Positions 45,538 through 55,237 are shown, counted from the stretch's first letter. The stretch is 64,000 nucleotides of DNA from Patescibacteria group bacterium (GCA_041661505.1 JBAZUF010000001.1:305576-369575), one strand, 5' to 3'. A program made the numbers and translations. Notes: a model not told the origin generated them from the letters alone.

Positions 45538-45640
45538 ACAATTATTCGCTTCTCATCAGATTATCCTGAAAATTTTCATGCGACTCTACTTACGACTATA
45601 TCACGCGCCATACATTCAGACCGCCTTAAACCCGATTTCC
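45510..45640. repeat. Cassette-junction repeat, copy 1
   Basis: gttttcgttttggttgggcataca ... tatatcacgcgccatacattcagaccgccttaaacccgatttc is homologous to 46238..46350 (gttttcgttctggttgggcataca ... tatatcacgcaccacacagtcagaccgccttaaagccaatttc). Confidence 0.7.
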
Positions 45641-46269
45641 CCGATTTTCCGCCCTTTCTCATCGCTTGCCAGCCTGTTTATTATATCAAAAATTTTGGCA
45701 ATCTGCTTATTATAGCCGCGCTCCATTTTTTCAATTTTATCCGCCAAATCTTTATAGGAATAAACCAGCTTTCTTATCTTAACGAATGTGCGCATTATAG
45801 TTATATTCACTTCTATCGCCTTCTTGCTTTTTAAGACGCTGGAAAGCATAGAGACACCCTGCTCGGTAAAAGCGTAAGGCAAATACTTTATATTTTTGCC
45901 TCTTTTAGACTTTGAGGTCACAATTTGTGACCTTGAATTTTGCGAATTTTCGCTAACTTTCTCGTTCAAGGTCACAATTTGTGACCTTGAACGATCTTCG
46001 ATTATTATTCCCTCCCTTATCAAAAATTCTGTTTCCATCAACGTTAATTGAAACATAAAATCTTCCGGAAACCTTTCCTTATTTCTTTTTACCGCCTGAT
46101 TCAAAACCTTAGTTGGCACACCGTACAACTCCGCTAAATCCTTATCAAGCAATACCTTTTCTCCCCGCATTAGAAGAATTCTTCCTTCTATCCTCTCGAC
46201 GGGAATCAAGCTTGTCCGGCTGATTTTTCTATCGGCCATATTCATATTGTTTTCGTTCTGGTTGGGCAT
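45616..46269 (-). CDS. ORF6N-domain (KilA-N/Bro-N-related) DNA-binding protein
   Basis: IEGRILLMRGEKVLLDKDLAELYGVPTKVLNQAVKRNKERFPEDFMFQLT, a doubled R-S-Q-I-V-T motif, and LPYAFTEQGVSMLSSVLKSKKAIEVNITIMRTFVKIR. Confidence 0.7.
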   Translation of the reverse strand: MPNQNENNMNMADRKISRTSLIPVERIEGRILLMRGEKVLLDKDLAELYGVPTKVLNQAVKRNKERFPEDFMFQLTLMETEFLIREGIIIEDRSRSQIVTLNEKVSENSQNSRSQIVTSKSKRGKNIKYLPYAFTEQGVSMLSSVLKSKKAIEVNITIMRTFVKIRKLVYSYKDLADKIEKMERGYNKQIAKIFDIINRLASDEKGRKIGEIGFKAV

Positions 46270-46350
46270 ACATATTACTAAATCTCATGCATGAGCGCAC
46301 CTTTATTATATCACGCACCACACAGTCAGACCGCCTTAAAGCCAATTTCT
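46238..46350. repeat. Cassette-junction repeat, copy 2
   Basis: See copy 1. It includes the MPNQNEN start codons, the spacer and the IGFKAV-stop end of the neighbouring ORF6N gene. Confidence 0.7.
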
Positions 46351-46895
46351 TCTCTACCCGCTTTTTCCTCGTCTCGCGCCAAAAGCCTTAGCGCGGCGAA
46401 TATTTCCGTAATCTTCTTATCATGCTTTTTAATCCCTCTCTCCAATTCGTTAATTTTTTCCGCCAAAGCTTTATATGACAAAGCGAAATCCCGCAGTTTA
46501 ATGAATGTCCGGATTATGGCTATATTTATCTCTACCGACCGTTCGCTTTTTAGGACGCTGGAAAGCATGGCAACACCGTGTTCGGTGAACGCATAAGGCA
46601 TTTTTCTTGTGCCTCCCCAACTTGATGTCGCAATTTGCGACTTCAAGTTTGGCTTATCTTCGCTATTTTTACAACTTGATATGCCAATTTGGCACTTCAA
46701 GTTTTCAAATTCTTTCTTTGTTAATTGAAACATAAAATCAGAAGGAAAGCGTTCCGTATTGCGTTTTACTCCTCTATTTAATGCTCCTGTTTCAACCCCG
46801 TAAAGCAAGGCCAAATCCCGGTCAATCATAACTTTTTGCCCGCGAATCAGGTAAATCTTGGCTTTTATATTTTCGTATGGGATTATTTTAACCAT
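46326..46895 (-). CDS. ORF6N-domain (KilA-N/Bro-N-related) DNA-binding protein, tandem paralogue
   Basis: IKAKIYLIRGQKVMIDRDLALLYGVETGALNRGVKRNTERFPSDFMFQLT, KCQIGISS and KSQIATSSWGGTRKMPYAFTEHGVAMLSSVLKSERSVEINIAIIRTFIKLR. Confidence 0.75.
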   Translation of the reverse strand: MVKIIPYENIKAKIYLIRGQKVMIDRDLALLYGVETGALNRGVKRNTERFPSDFMFQLTKKEFENLKCQIGISSCKNSEDKPNLKSQIATSSWGGTRKMPYAFTEHGVAMLSSVLKSERSVEINIAIIRTFIKLRDFALSYKALAEKINELERGIKKHDKKITEIFAALRLLARDEEKAGREEIGFKAV

Positions 46896-46917
46896 GTCTT
46901 TCTATTCTCATAAAAAA

Positions 46918-49900
46918 TTATCTTTCCGTTACAACCACCCACCCGTTATACGGCTGGTAGCTATAGTCGTTAATGCAGTTTTTGGCCCAAACCGGGGTAT
47001 CGACATAATTTCCGCTCGCGTCAACCTTAAAGGAGCACCAGCCCCAGTTGTCTTTCACTTTTACTTTCGGCTGAACCATGCAGCAATCGGAATTAACCGG
47101 GCAACTCTCGCCATTTCCATCGCCTTTATAATTGCTGGCCGCTCCATTATTATTTCCGCAGTATATTTGATCACAGCCGATATCTCCGGCTTTGCAGGAA
47201 TATTTTTTCTTTCTCATGTCCCAATAATCGTATAAATGGAAGAGCGAATGAGGACTGGAAGTAGCCTCGCGGTCATACATCTCGACTCCGGTAATAGTCG
47301 TTGATTCTTTGTCGCCCCAAATTACGCTAAGCATTACCATTGGCAGTTGTTGTGAGTCAACAAAAGAGTTAAAAGTCAAGTTCATCAATCCGTTCTTAGA
47401 CCTTACGGCCTGGGAGGAAGCTTGCTTGTCAATCTTCAAATTTTTAATTTTGGGCGGTATGGAACAATAGTCGCAAGTCTTCGATGATCCCGCTTCGCAC
47501 GAAAGACAGCTTCCGCTAACGCCGTCATACCCGGTGCATTTCATGGTAGTGGGATTAAAAGTCGGCCTGGTAGCGCTGGTACAATAGATTCTGGGAGGCG
47601 TCCAGGACGGGGAGGTAGCTTTCAGATACTTTTCCGATGTAGCGTCCCAAGTCCAAGCCCCGTAGCTTTTCGCGAAAAGCCGCTTAACATAGACAGGTGA
47701 AACGTTGCTACCCGCCCTGGCTTCATCGCTATCCGAATCCAGCATTGCCAGCTGATCCCACTCGTAGGGGTTGTCTTCATATCCCGTGGGCGGGACGACT
47801 GATCCAAAGGGTGGATAATCAGCGTCATAATCACATGTTTTGGAATTATTACTGCAATAAACTTTATATTTGCTTCCCTTGTAAGCGCGCGAACTCCAAA
47901 ATTTATTTTGGCCGGTCGGAGTAACAACCTGAACAATATTTGCCGCGACATACATGGAAATTTTTTTTCGGTCTGTGGTTGCTGTTATATATTCTCCCGG
48001 ACCGCAGGCGGCATGTATATAAGTTATAATCGGCGTGGCTTTTGACGGGCAATAGTAATCGGTTGTTCCATCCGAATAGATTGACTCAACTTTAGTACAA
48101 TCTACCGCGGTTTCTGCGGCTGTGCCGAATTTAGGCTTACAACCCAAATAAGTGGTTTTTAGGGTATAGGAGCCGCCTGATTCGGAAAGCGAGTAGGAAT
48201 AACCGTAAGCACTGCCCGAAGCTTCGCCCGGACAGACTTCTGACGCGCCACTATAAAAACTCACTAGGTTTTGTTTCTCCTCGTTTGCGCATCCCTTATT
48301 ATCTCCAGGCGAATCGCAAGAAGCGCCGGTGTATTCAACTTTTGTTCCGACTTTAATCGGAATCAGCTCTTCAGTGTCGCAAGTATAGCGCTTAGTCATA
48401 TTGGTCGCGTAATAAAGAGGATAGCGGTTATTATACCCGGCGCCTTCTTCAATGCCGTCGCCTTTTACTTTATCGACCGGCCACCACATAATGCAATTCT
48501 TCGTTGAGCCCGGCGAACGGTCAAATTGCAGGCAATATCCGGGCCAGCCTTTTTCCCTAACTCCCGAGTCGTTAAAATAATCGCAGGACAAAGAATCCGT
48601 TTCCGGGTAGAGGCGGCATAATTGGTGCATATTAAAGGTCGACGGCGTCTGGCTGGGATCATTTGCCCCTTCAAGCGCCGGACGAAGTCTAATATCGTCG
48701 ATGTAGATATTTCCGGTGCAATCCCCGTCAGTCTGGCAAAGAAAATTGGGATCCGTCGTCATATCAACCGCGCCCAGCCACAAGGCTATGGTTCTGTGTT
48801 TAATTGAAGCGTCTTTAGAAACGGTCTTAAATTTTGTTACAACCGTATGCCACTCCAGCCCGGGAGAACTATAAGAATTGTCTATAAAAGCCTTATTATT
48901 CCAGTCGCTTGCGCTGTTTATGCTTATCATCGGATCATGTACCGTGACTACCGCCCTAATATCATGATGTTTGCCGTTGGACCTGAAATTCAAAGTGTTA
49001 ATCTCGTAGCTCAAAATATATTCGGTGTCTGGTTCTACGTCTATCTGTTCCGAAACCGGACCAGTGCTGAATTCTTCGCTGGAGTATTTTAGAAAGCTCT
49101 CTCCTTCTACTGGATAGCCAATTCCGCCCTTGCCGCTTATACCGGCTTCCTGCTGGGCCGCGTAAGGGCTGGTTATTACCGAAAACAAGCTGGAAGACCA
49201 GCTTCCGGTAGCTGGCGTCCAGCCGGTCGGATATTTATTGGTTCCGTAGGTTTCAAAATTTCCGTTCGGCACCCAGGCCGCTTCTCCCACCTGCTTCATC
49301 TGGCCAAACGGATAAAACCCTCTCATTCTAAAATCACTGCTCGTCGAATCCAGCCCAACTTTCGCGTATCCGGAAACATTGGCATATTTCGCGATAGAGG
49401 CCGAGTTTCCGGCGATCGCGGTCTGCATACTTATAGTTGCGGGGCTGACAAAGCCGTTGCAATTGCCGGATTCGTCAAAAGAATTGCAGGTGCCGATATC
49501 AAAACAGCTTGTCTTTTCTTTTCCATTTTCATCCTTGGTTACGACCGAACTGCGGCAGGTGAGCCACTTGTCGCAGACCCGGTCAGGGGAAACTTTAATT
49601 ATCTTGTTTGAATCCCAATTTCCCGGGAGTCCGGACTGGGGGGAAACGCTGGAGCTGGCGACCGTTAAGTCGGCGTCATACTGCAATTCCTCCAGGCCGC
49701 TTGATCCAAAAATTCTTTGGTTAAACAACACGCACCCTTTGTCGTAATTAATCAGCCCGTTACAGCTCGTATAATCAATCTTGTCCTTTAGCTGATAACT
49801 TATCATGGTATTTTTAACTACGACTTCATCCCCCTTTACCTTATTATATCTGATAACTTCGCAGCCTGTGTTGTCGGCCACGTAAAATAACTGGCTCTGA

Positions 49901-52900
49901 TTGTGCTTTGTCTGCACTTCGGCTGCCTCGCTCAAGCTCGAATCCGTCCCTAGCGCGAAAATCTTTGCCTCGCAAGAGACTCCGACTTTAAACTCGCCCG
50001 AAGAAATTTGGTTGGCGCGGATTATGTAAAGAGTATTATTTTGCAGGGATATTGGCTGTTTCCAGGGCCCGCTTCCAATCCAGCCGTCCCCATTCGTTCC
50101 ATTGCCGTCAATGTCCTGGAAGTCGCTATTGAAAACCAAATTGACCGAGGGCTTGCTCATCGGATCAATAAACTCGCCACAACCCGACTCGCTTGACGGG
50201 CAGATTCCGGCAAATCCGCTTTTTGTCTGGTCAATCTCCGCTCCGCCTTTGCCAAAGGTTCTGGGTTCTGTACCAGTATCGGTGCAATCATAGCTATTAT
50301 CGTCTTCAACGCATTTATAATAACAGCTTTTTTCTATGCAAGCGCCTTTCCCGCCCAAGCAGTCGCTTTCTTCTTCACAGGCCGTTCCGGCGGCTCCGCA
50401 GTCTGAATCGGTTTGGCAAATTTGCGTTTCGCCGCTTTCGATTGTCCCGTTTGCCGTTACATCGTCACAGCGGTTAATTTTCTTTTTCCACCACTTCGTT
50501 CCCCCGGTCAAAGTTTTATGTTCGCAAACCTGGTCGCCGGGGTCTTTAAAATAACTATAGCTTCCGCTAGAGCTGGATTTCCATTGGTCGCATCCCTCGG
50601 CGTCTTTTGTACAGAGCGTGGACGAATATTCGTCCGGGTCGTTAACCAGGTAAGCAGCGGTATGGAGGGTCTGGCCTTCATAATTATAATTTTTACCGAG
50701 CTTTTGGCATCCTTTGTCTTCGGAATTGCAGTTATATTTGGAATTATAGACCGCGTAAATATAACTGTCGCCTCCAACTTTCACGCAGTCTGCCTTATCA
50801 TTAACCGCGCCGGTCGTAGCGGTGCAATTGCCGTCGCCGTTAGCGTCATTCCAGATGCCGCCGCCAGCTTTAGAATAATTTTTCGTATCAATCATCAGCT
50901 CGCAGCCGATTGCCGATTCCTGGCATAACCGGGTAAAGCTCTTTAAATAGGCAATTTTTCCCGACTGGTCGGAATATTTGTCGCATGAAAGCATCTCCTG
51001 GGGCGAACAGCGGTTATTATAGCAAGTTTCTTTGCCTTCAGGATTATCAAGGGCGTTGTCGCAGGAAACCGGCGTTGTCCATGAATTCTTTATCAGGTAA
51101 TACCGGTCGACGATTTCCACCAGCTTAACGTCGTCTATATAGAAATCCGAGGCGGCCGAAAAAATAATGCTTTCATCTCCCTGGACCTTGGAAAAATTAT
51201 CGATATTATAGCGGTAAATTTTCCAGTCTCCGCCTTCGGCGGTCATTATATCTCCGGTCATCGGGGTAGTTGTTCCGTAGCCGTCAAGGAAATAAACGTT
51301 GATTTCCGCGGCTGAAGTTTTCGCCAAGAAAGTAAGCGTATAAGAATAACCGCTATGGAGAAGCGACTCGACGCTGGTGCCCGCCTTGGCGCCGTCAGTC
51401 CCAGCCTTAACCAAAAGAGACTTCCCTCCGACTTTTAAGGCGGTCGCGCTCGGCTCAATACTCGATCCGGAAAGCCCGTCCCAGCCGGTAAAATCTTGAT
51501 CCTCGTCAAAGCTGTTAGCTAGAATCGTCCGCATATTACTGCCCTGATTGCCCGAGTATTCGCGGCAGCCGACTTGGGAATCCTGACAGCTTATTCCCTC
51601 GCCCGGAATGGCCGCGTATAAGCAAGACGCCTGGCTGACATTCCATCTGCCGCCATTCTTGCAATAAACATACTGCCCCTCTTCAAGCAAACAGCTTGAC
51701 TTTCCTTCAGCCGCCGAATCAGAGCAGGCGGTAGCGCAGGCGCAGTAGTTCGAAGCGCTTCCGCATTGGTCCTCGCAATCTTCTTCTGAATATAAATTAT
51801 TATTTTCGCTCCGGCGGTAAGGATGGCAATTATCCGAACAGGAAATCGTCGAGGTATATAGATGATAGGAAATTTCTCCAGCCCGGTTATAAAACTGCCG
51901 GCAATTGGAATTATATCTTCCATCGGTTATCGGCAAGCCGTAAGTATATTGGTTGCAGTCGCCCCGATCATCATAAGTGACGGCCGGATCGTTATTATAA
52001 ACCGGAACGATTTGGTCGCTCGTATAAACGACGGGCGATTCATCCGGAGCGCCATTATCTTTTCCTGATTCATTGCTGTCAACCTGCAGATTAAAGACTT
52101 TCAGCTGGAAGCCTGACTCGCTTGAACCTTCCCAAGTATAAAATTCGGAGCAATTGGCTTTGGCGCTGGCCGGCACTTGGCAGGTCCCCCCGGTCGGGCA
52201 AACTTCGTTTTTACAGGGAGTAGCCAGGTCGCTTGAACAAACCAATTCCGGCTTAATGCACTGGCGGAGATAGGTATAATTCTGGCGGGCTTCTCCTTTT
52301 TTCTCGGCCTCGTCTAGGTTGGTGAATTGATCACAGCCGACCGCGGTGGCGGCGCAAATTTTAGCGCTTTTCGGAATAAAATATTCGTCGCGTTTCGAAT
52401 CGAACTTGGCTTCTTTCTGGATATAGGTATCATAACCGACGCATTCGGCCGGGCACTGGTCGGTCTTTCGGACGCTGGCCGGTATGCTCCCGCCGTCCTT
52501 TACCGAAGTATACATATTGCAATCAACTTCATCTTCGTTGCAGCGGCGGGCAAAATTAGAACAGGCGGACGGGGCGCCGGACTTTAAGGAATAATCCGGA
52601 GTGGCTCCGCTTGAATTTTCATAGCATTCAGAAGCGTAATAGTCCGGCATAAATTTCTCATAGACTTTTCCGCTGGCCTGATAATCGCTGTATTCCGTAG
52701 CGGATGCGCCGAATTCCAGTTTGACGGCGTCAATTAAACAATCCGAACCGCTAAAGTCCTTTACGCCGATTTCCAGGCTGTTGGCTTCGCTGGCAAACCC
52801 ATAATCTTCGGGAAAAGTATAGGTCAGGGTAAGCCTTTGCCAGCCGCTATTATCTGATATTAAATTCGAGGTTAAAAGCTCAAGGCTGTTATAATCATAA

Positions 52901-55194
52901 AAGCCGAATTTTCCTTCTGTCCCGCAATTTTTAGCCGACAATGAAAAGCTCAAGGTCCTGTCGGCCAGGGAATAATCGCTTAAGCCGATCGCTACCGGCT
53001 TTAATAACCCGCTTGAGTTAAGCTTTAAGGATTTGTTTTTGTCAGCCGCGCCGTCCGTCGATGCCGTTCCAAAACCGGACCAGCCGCCGACTGACAAGTC
53101 TTCTTCAAAGCTTGGATTAGGCAGTAAATTTACGCCGGCCACCTCGGTTGCCCGGATAAATTCGTGGCAGCCTTCGTTTGACTGGGTGCATTTAGCGGCG
53201 TTTTTATTCAAATAAACTTCTTTGCCGATTCCGCATTGCCAGCTAGCCGTACTACTAATGCCTGAAAGGCCTGTACAATACCCCCGGCAGCCGGCATTGG
53301 CTTCAGTGCATGAGCTAAAATCCAGAGTATTTTGCAGATAAGAAACCGAACTGCCGCTGTCGGACTTAAAGCTTTGGCAGGTATTATTTAACGGTTTGCA
53401 TGATTTTGTGTTAAAATTCCAGGTTCTTCTTTCTTCGGTGCAGTAGCCGTAAGAATTGCACGATCCGTCGGTATCCTCGTCAACGCAGGTCTGCTCGTCA
53501 GCGCAATAATTATCGTTTCGAGATATCTCCACTTTGCTGTCGTCCCCGTCGCCGGACGTTTGGGACGATTCAATTTCCGGCCCCGCCCCTTCTTTCCGGC
53601 AATAATTTAAGGGGGCCTTTAACACCCAGCCCGGGTCAACCATCCCCCGGCACCATTTGCTGTCCATTTTACAGCTTCCGCTCTTCAGGCTTTTGTAGTC
53701 AACCGCGCTTACTTCATCAAAGCAGTAAACCATATCGCCTAAAGTGCAGGAACCGACGCCGGAATTTTTTGAAATATATTGAGCCGCCAATTCCCAGCCG
53801 ACCGGAATAATCCTAAACTTTCTTAATATCACCATAGAGCGGTAAGGATAATCTTCATCCTTGTATTTCGGCTCGGCTTCAGCCGATCCGCCGGTCAAAA
53901 ATCCGAATTTACCGCTGGATTTTAAGTATCCGTCTTTTATAGCCTCGGCGACTGTAAGGCGTTTAGTTATTGCCTGTCTGAACTTATCGGTTATTACGCA
54001 GTTGGTCGGTCCGGCTTTTGAAGGGTTGGCGCAGACAGTAAGCTCGCTTAAAATATTATAATCTCCCCGGACGCCGAAACTCGGTTCAGTCAAAGACCGG
54101 AATCGCGCCTCGGCCGCTTCTATGCCTTCAGAAGAGGTAAAATCAGCGTCCGGTTCAGTTACTTCAATATCCGCGGTATAGTCTGAAACTAATCCGCTCT
54201 TTAGCCATTGCTGCATTAACTTGCCTAAAAGAGTATTAATAAAAATATCAATCGCGTCAGCCGCCGTGCCGGTGAATACTGTCTGTCCAAAAGTGGATTT
54301 CTCCCAAGCAGCCGCCTGCATAGTCCTTACCGTTTCAGCTGGAGTTTTAATCCATTTACTTATCTTTTCCGTAACCGCTTTCATTCCGTTTGCCTCGTCT
54401 CTAGTTTTTTCTTTGCTCTTGACGTATCCCGTGATATATTCCGTACTCCCGGCATTCATAATCAAAGCAATTCCAAGGTCGTTTTCATAGGGATTGAACA
54501 TGTTCTGAAAGTCACTTAAGAAAGTTTCACTAGATAGTTTTTCCTTCCAGTTCTTGGCCATGGTAGAGAATGAACACTTTGGTTTGCTCCAGGTTTTGTT
54601 ATAAAGTCCCAAGGCAATTTTTATTTTTACCGATATATTCGGATCACAGACGTTAAAGCCTTTCCACCAGCCGGTTGTATTGCCAATACCGCTTATCATT
54701 TTCTCCAAAAACGCCCCGGCGGCGGCATCGCCGGCATCAGCGATAAAATCCTCCCAACTGCTTTGGAAAAACATTGATCCCTGGCCCGTATCGCCGGTAG
54801 CGAGATAAGTCGCCGATTCGTAAGCGAATTCATTTAAAAAAGAACCCAATGCCGCTTTAAAAGCCGCTCCGCCGACCTCTTTTAAAAGATTCCACTTCTC
54901 ATCCCATAATTTCTGCCACGACCAAATCGTTGGCTGATTGGATTTTATACCCATTAGTGTTTTTAGTTGTGCGCTCAAAGATCGATTTGCCTGCTTATCA
55001 TCAACAGATACTGCTGATGGATCTGAAGTTTCACCATTAGTGCCAACCCATCCACTTCCGTAACCCTCCGACTGCGCGCTTGCAATTTTTACATTTTTAA
55101 TACAAAATAATCCTACAATAACAAAAACAATAAAAAGAATTAATACTGCCTTACTGGAACAATTATATTTATTTTCTACGCGCCTCTCAGTCAT
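46918..55194 (-). CDS. Giant (2758 aa) secreted/anchored cysteine-rich protein with four CBM4/9-like jelly-roll modules
   Basis: Uninterrupted 8.3-kb ORF with an N-terminal signal anchor (AVLILFIVFVIVGLFCI). My manual count gives about 116 Cys. Four modules open with NLLPNPSFEEDL..GGW (aa ~688), ILANSFDEDQDFTGW (~1222), NLVFNSDFQDIDG...GW (~1683) and VPNGNFETYG...TGW (~1974), and close with I(D/Y)IDD(V/I)(K/R)L-type strands. Confidence 0.8.
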   Translation of the reverse strand: MTERRVENKYNCSSKAVLILFIVFVIVGLFCIKNVKIASAQSEGYGSGWVGTNGETSDPSAVSVDDKQANRSLSAQLKTLMGIKSNQPTIWSWQKLWDEKWNLLKEVGGAAFKAALGSFLNEFAYESATYLATGDTGQGSMFFQSSWEDFIADAGDAAAGAFLEKMISGIGNTTGWWKGFNVCDPNISVKIKIALGLYNKTWSKPKCSFSTMAKNWKEKLSSETFLSDFQNMFNPYENDLGIALIMNAGSTEYITGYVKSKEKTRDEANGMKAVTEKISKWIKTPAETVRTMQAAAWEKSTFGQTVFTGTAADAIDIFINTLLGKLMQQWLKSGLVSDYTADIEVTEPDADFTSSEGIEAAEARFRSLTEPSFGVRGDYNILSELTVCANPSKAGPTNCVITDKFRQAITKRLTVAEAIKDGYLKSSGKFGFLTGGSAEAEPKYKDEDYPYRSMVILRKFRIIPVGWELAAQYISKNSGVGSCTLGDMVYCFDEVSAVDYKSLKSGSCKMDSKWCRGMVDPGWVLKAPLNYCRKEGAGPEIESSQTSGDGDDSKVEISRNDNYCADEQTCVDEDTDGSCNSYGYCTEERRTWNFNTKSCKPLNNTCQSFKSDSGSSVSYLQNTLDFSSCTEANAGCRGYCTGLSGISSTASWQCGIGKEVYLNKNAAKCTQSNEGCHEFIRATEVAGVNLLPNPSFEEDLSVGGWSGFGTASTDGAADKNKSLKLNSSGLLKPVAIGLSDYSLADRTLSFSLSAKNCGTEGKFGFYDYNSLELLTSNLISDNSGWQRLTLTYTFPEDYGFASEANSLEIGVKDFSGSDCLIDAVKLEFGASATEYSDYQASGKVYEKFMPDYYASECYENSSGATPDYSLKSGAPSACSNFARRCNEDEVDCNMYTSVKDGGSIPASVRKTDQCPAECVGYDTYIQKEAKFDSKRDEYFIPKSAKICAATAVGCDQFTNLDEAEKKGEARQNYTYLRQCIKPELVCSSDLATPCKNEVCPTGGTCQVPASAKANCSEFYTWEGSSESGFQLKVFNLQVDSNESGKDNGAPDESPVVYTSDQIVPVYNNDPAVTYDDRGDCNQYTYGLPITDGRYNSNCRQFYNRAGEISYHLYTSTISCSDNCHPYRRSENNNLYSEEDCEDQCGSASNYCACATACSDSAAEGKSSCLLEEGQYVYCKNGGRWNVSQASCLYAAIPGEGISCQDSQVGCREYSGNQGSNMRTILANSFDEDQDFTGWDGLSGSSIEPSATALKVGGKSLLVKAGTDGAKAGTSVESLLHSGYSYTLTFLAKTSAAEINVYFLDGYGTTTPMTGDIMTAEGGDWKIYRYNIDNFSKVQGDESIIFSAASDFYIDDVKLVEIVDRYYLIKNSWTTPVSCDNALDNPEGKETCYNNRCSPQEMLSCDKYSDQSGKIAYLKSFTRLCQESAIGCELMIDTKNYSKAGGGIWNDANGDGNCTATTGAVNDKADCVKVGGDSYIYAVYNSKYNCNSEDKGCQKLGKNYNYEGQTLHTAAYLVNDPDEYSSTLCTKDAEGCDQWKSSSSGSYSYFKDPGDQVCEHKTLTGGTKWWKKKINRCDDVTANGTIESGETQICQTDSDCGAAGTACEEESDCLGGKGACIEKSCYYKCVEDDNSYDCTDTGTEPRTFGKGGAEIDQTKSGFAGICPSSESGCGEFIDPMSKPSVNLVFNSDFQDIDGNGTNGDGWIGSGPWKQPISLQNNTLYIIRANQISSGEFKVGVSCEAKIFALGTDSSLSEAAEVQTKHNQSQLFYVADNTGCEVIRYNKVKGDEVVVKNTMISYQLKDKIDYTSCNGLINYDKGCVLFNQRIFGSSGLEELQYDADLTVASSSVSPQSGLPGNWDSNKIIKVSPDRVCDKWLTCRSSVVTKDENGKEKTSCFDIGTCNSFDESGNCNGFVSPATISMQTAIAGNSASIAKYANVSGYAKVGLDSTSSDFRMRGFYPFGQMKQVGEAAWVPNGNFETYGTNKYPTGWTPATGSWSSSLFSVITSPYAAQQEAGISGKGGIGYPVEGESFLKYSSEEFSTGPVSEQIDVEPDTEYILSYEINTLNFRSNGKHHDIRAVVTVHDPMISINSASDWNNKAFIDNSYSSPGLEWHTVVTKFKTVSKDASIKHRTIALWLGAVDMTTDPNFLCQTDGDCTGNIYIDDIRLRPALEGANDPSQTPSTFNMHQLCRLYPETDSLSCDYFNDSGVREKGWPGYCLQFDRSPGSTKNCIMWWPVDKVKGDGIEEGAGYNNRYPLYYATNMTKRYTCDTEELIPIKVGTKVEYTGASCDSPGDNKGCANEEKQNLVSFYSGASEVCPGEASGSAYGYSYSLSESGGSYTLKTTYLGCKPKFGTAAETAVDCTKVESIYSDGTTDYYCPSKATPIITYIHAACGPGEYITATTDRKKISMYVAANIVQVVTPTGQNKFWSSRAYKGSKYKVYCSNNSKTCDYDADYPPFGSVVPPTGYEDNPYEWDQLAMLDSDSDEARAGSNVSPVYVKRLFAKSYGAWTWDATSEKYLKATSPSWTPPRIYCTSATRPTFNPTTMKCTGYDGVSGSCLSCEAGSSKTCDYCSIPPKIKNLKIDKQASSQAVRSKNGLMNLTFNSFVDSQQLPMVMLSVIWGDKESTTITGVEMYDREATSSPHSLFHLYDYWDMRKKKYSCKAGDIGCDQIYCGNNNGAASNYKGDGNGESCPVNSDCCMVQPKVKVKDNWGWCSFKVDASGNYVDTPVWAKNCINDYSYQPYNGWVVVTER

Positions 55195-55237
55195 TTTATT
55201 AAAATATGAAAACTATAATAACTTCAAATAGCTACTA

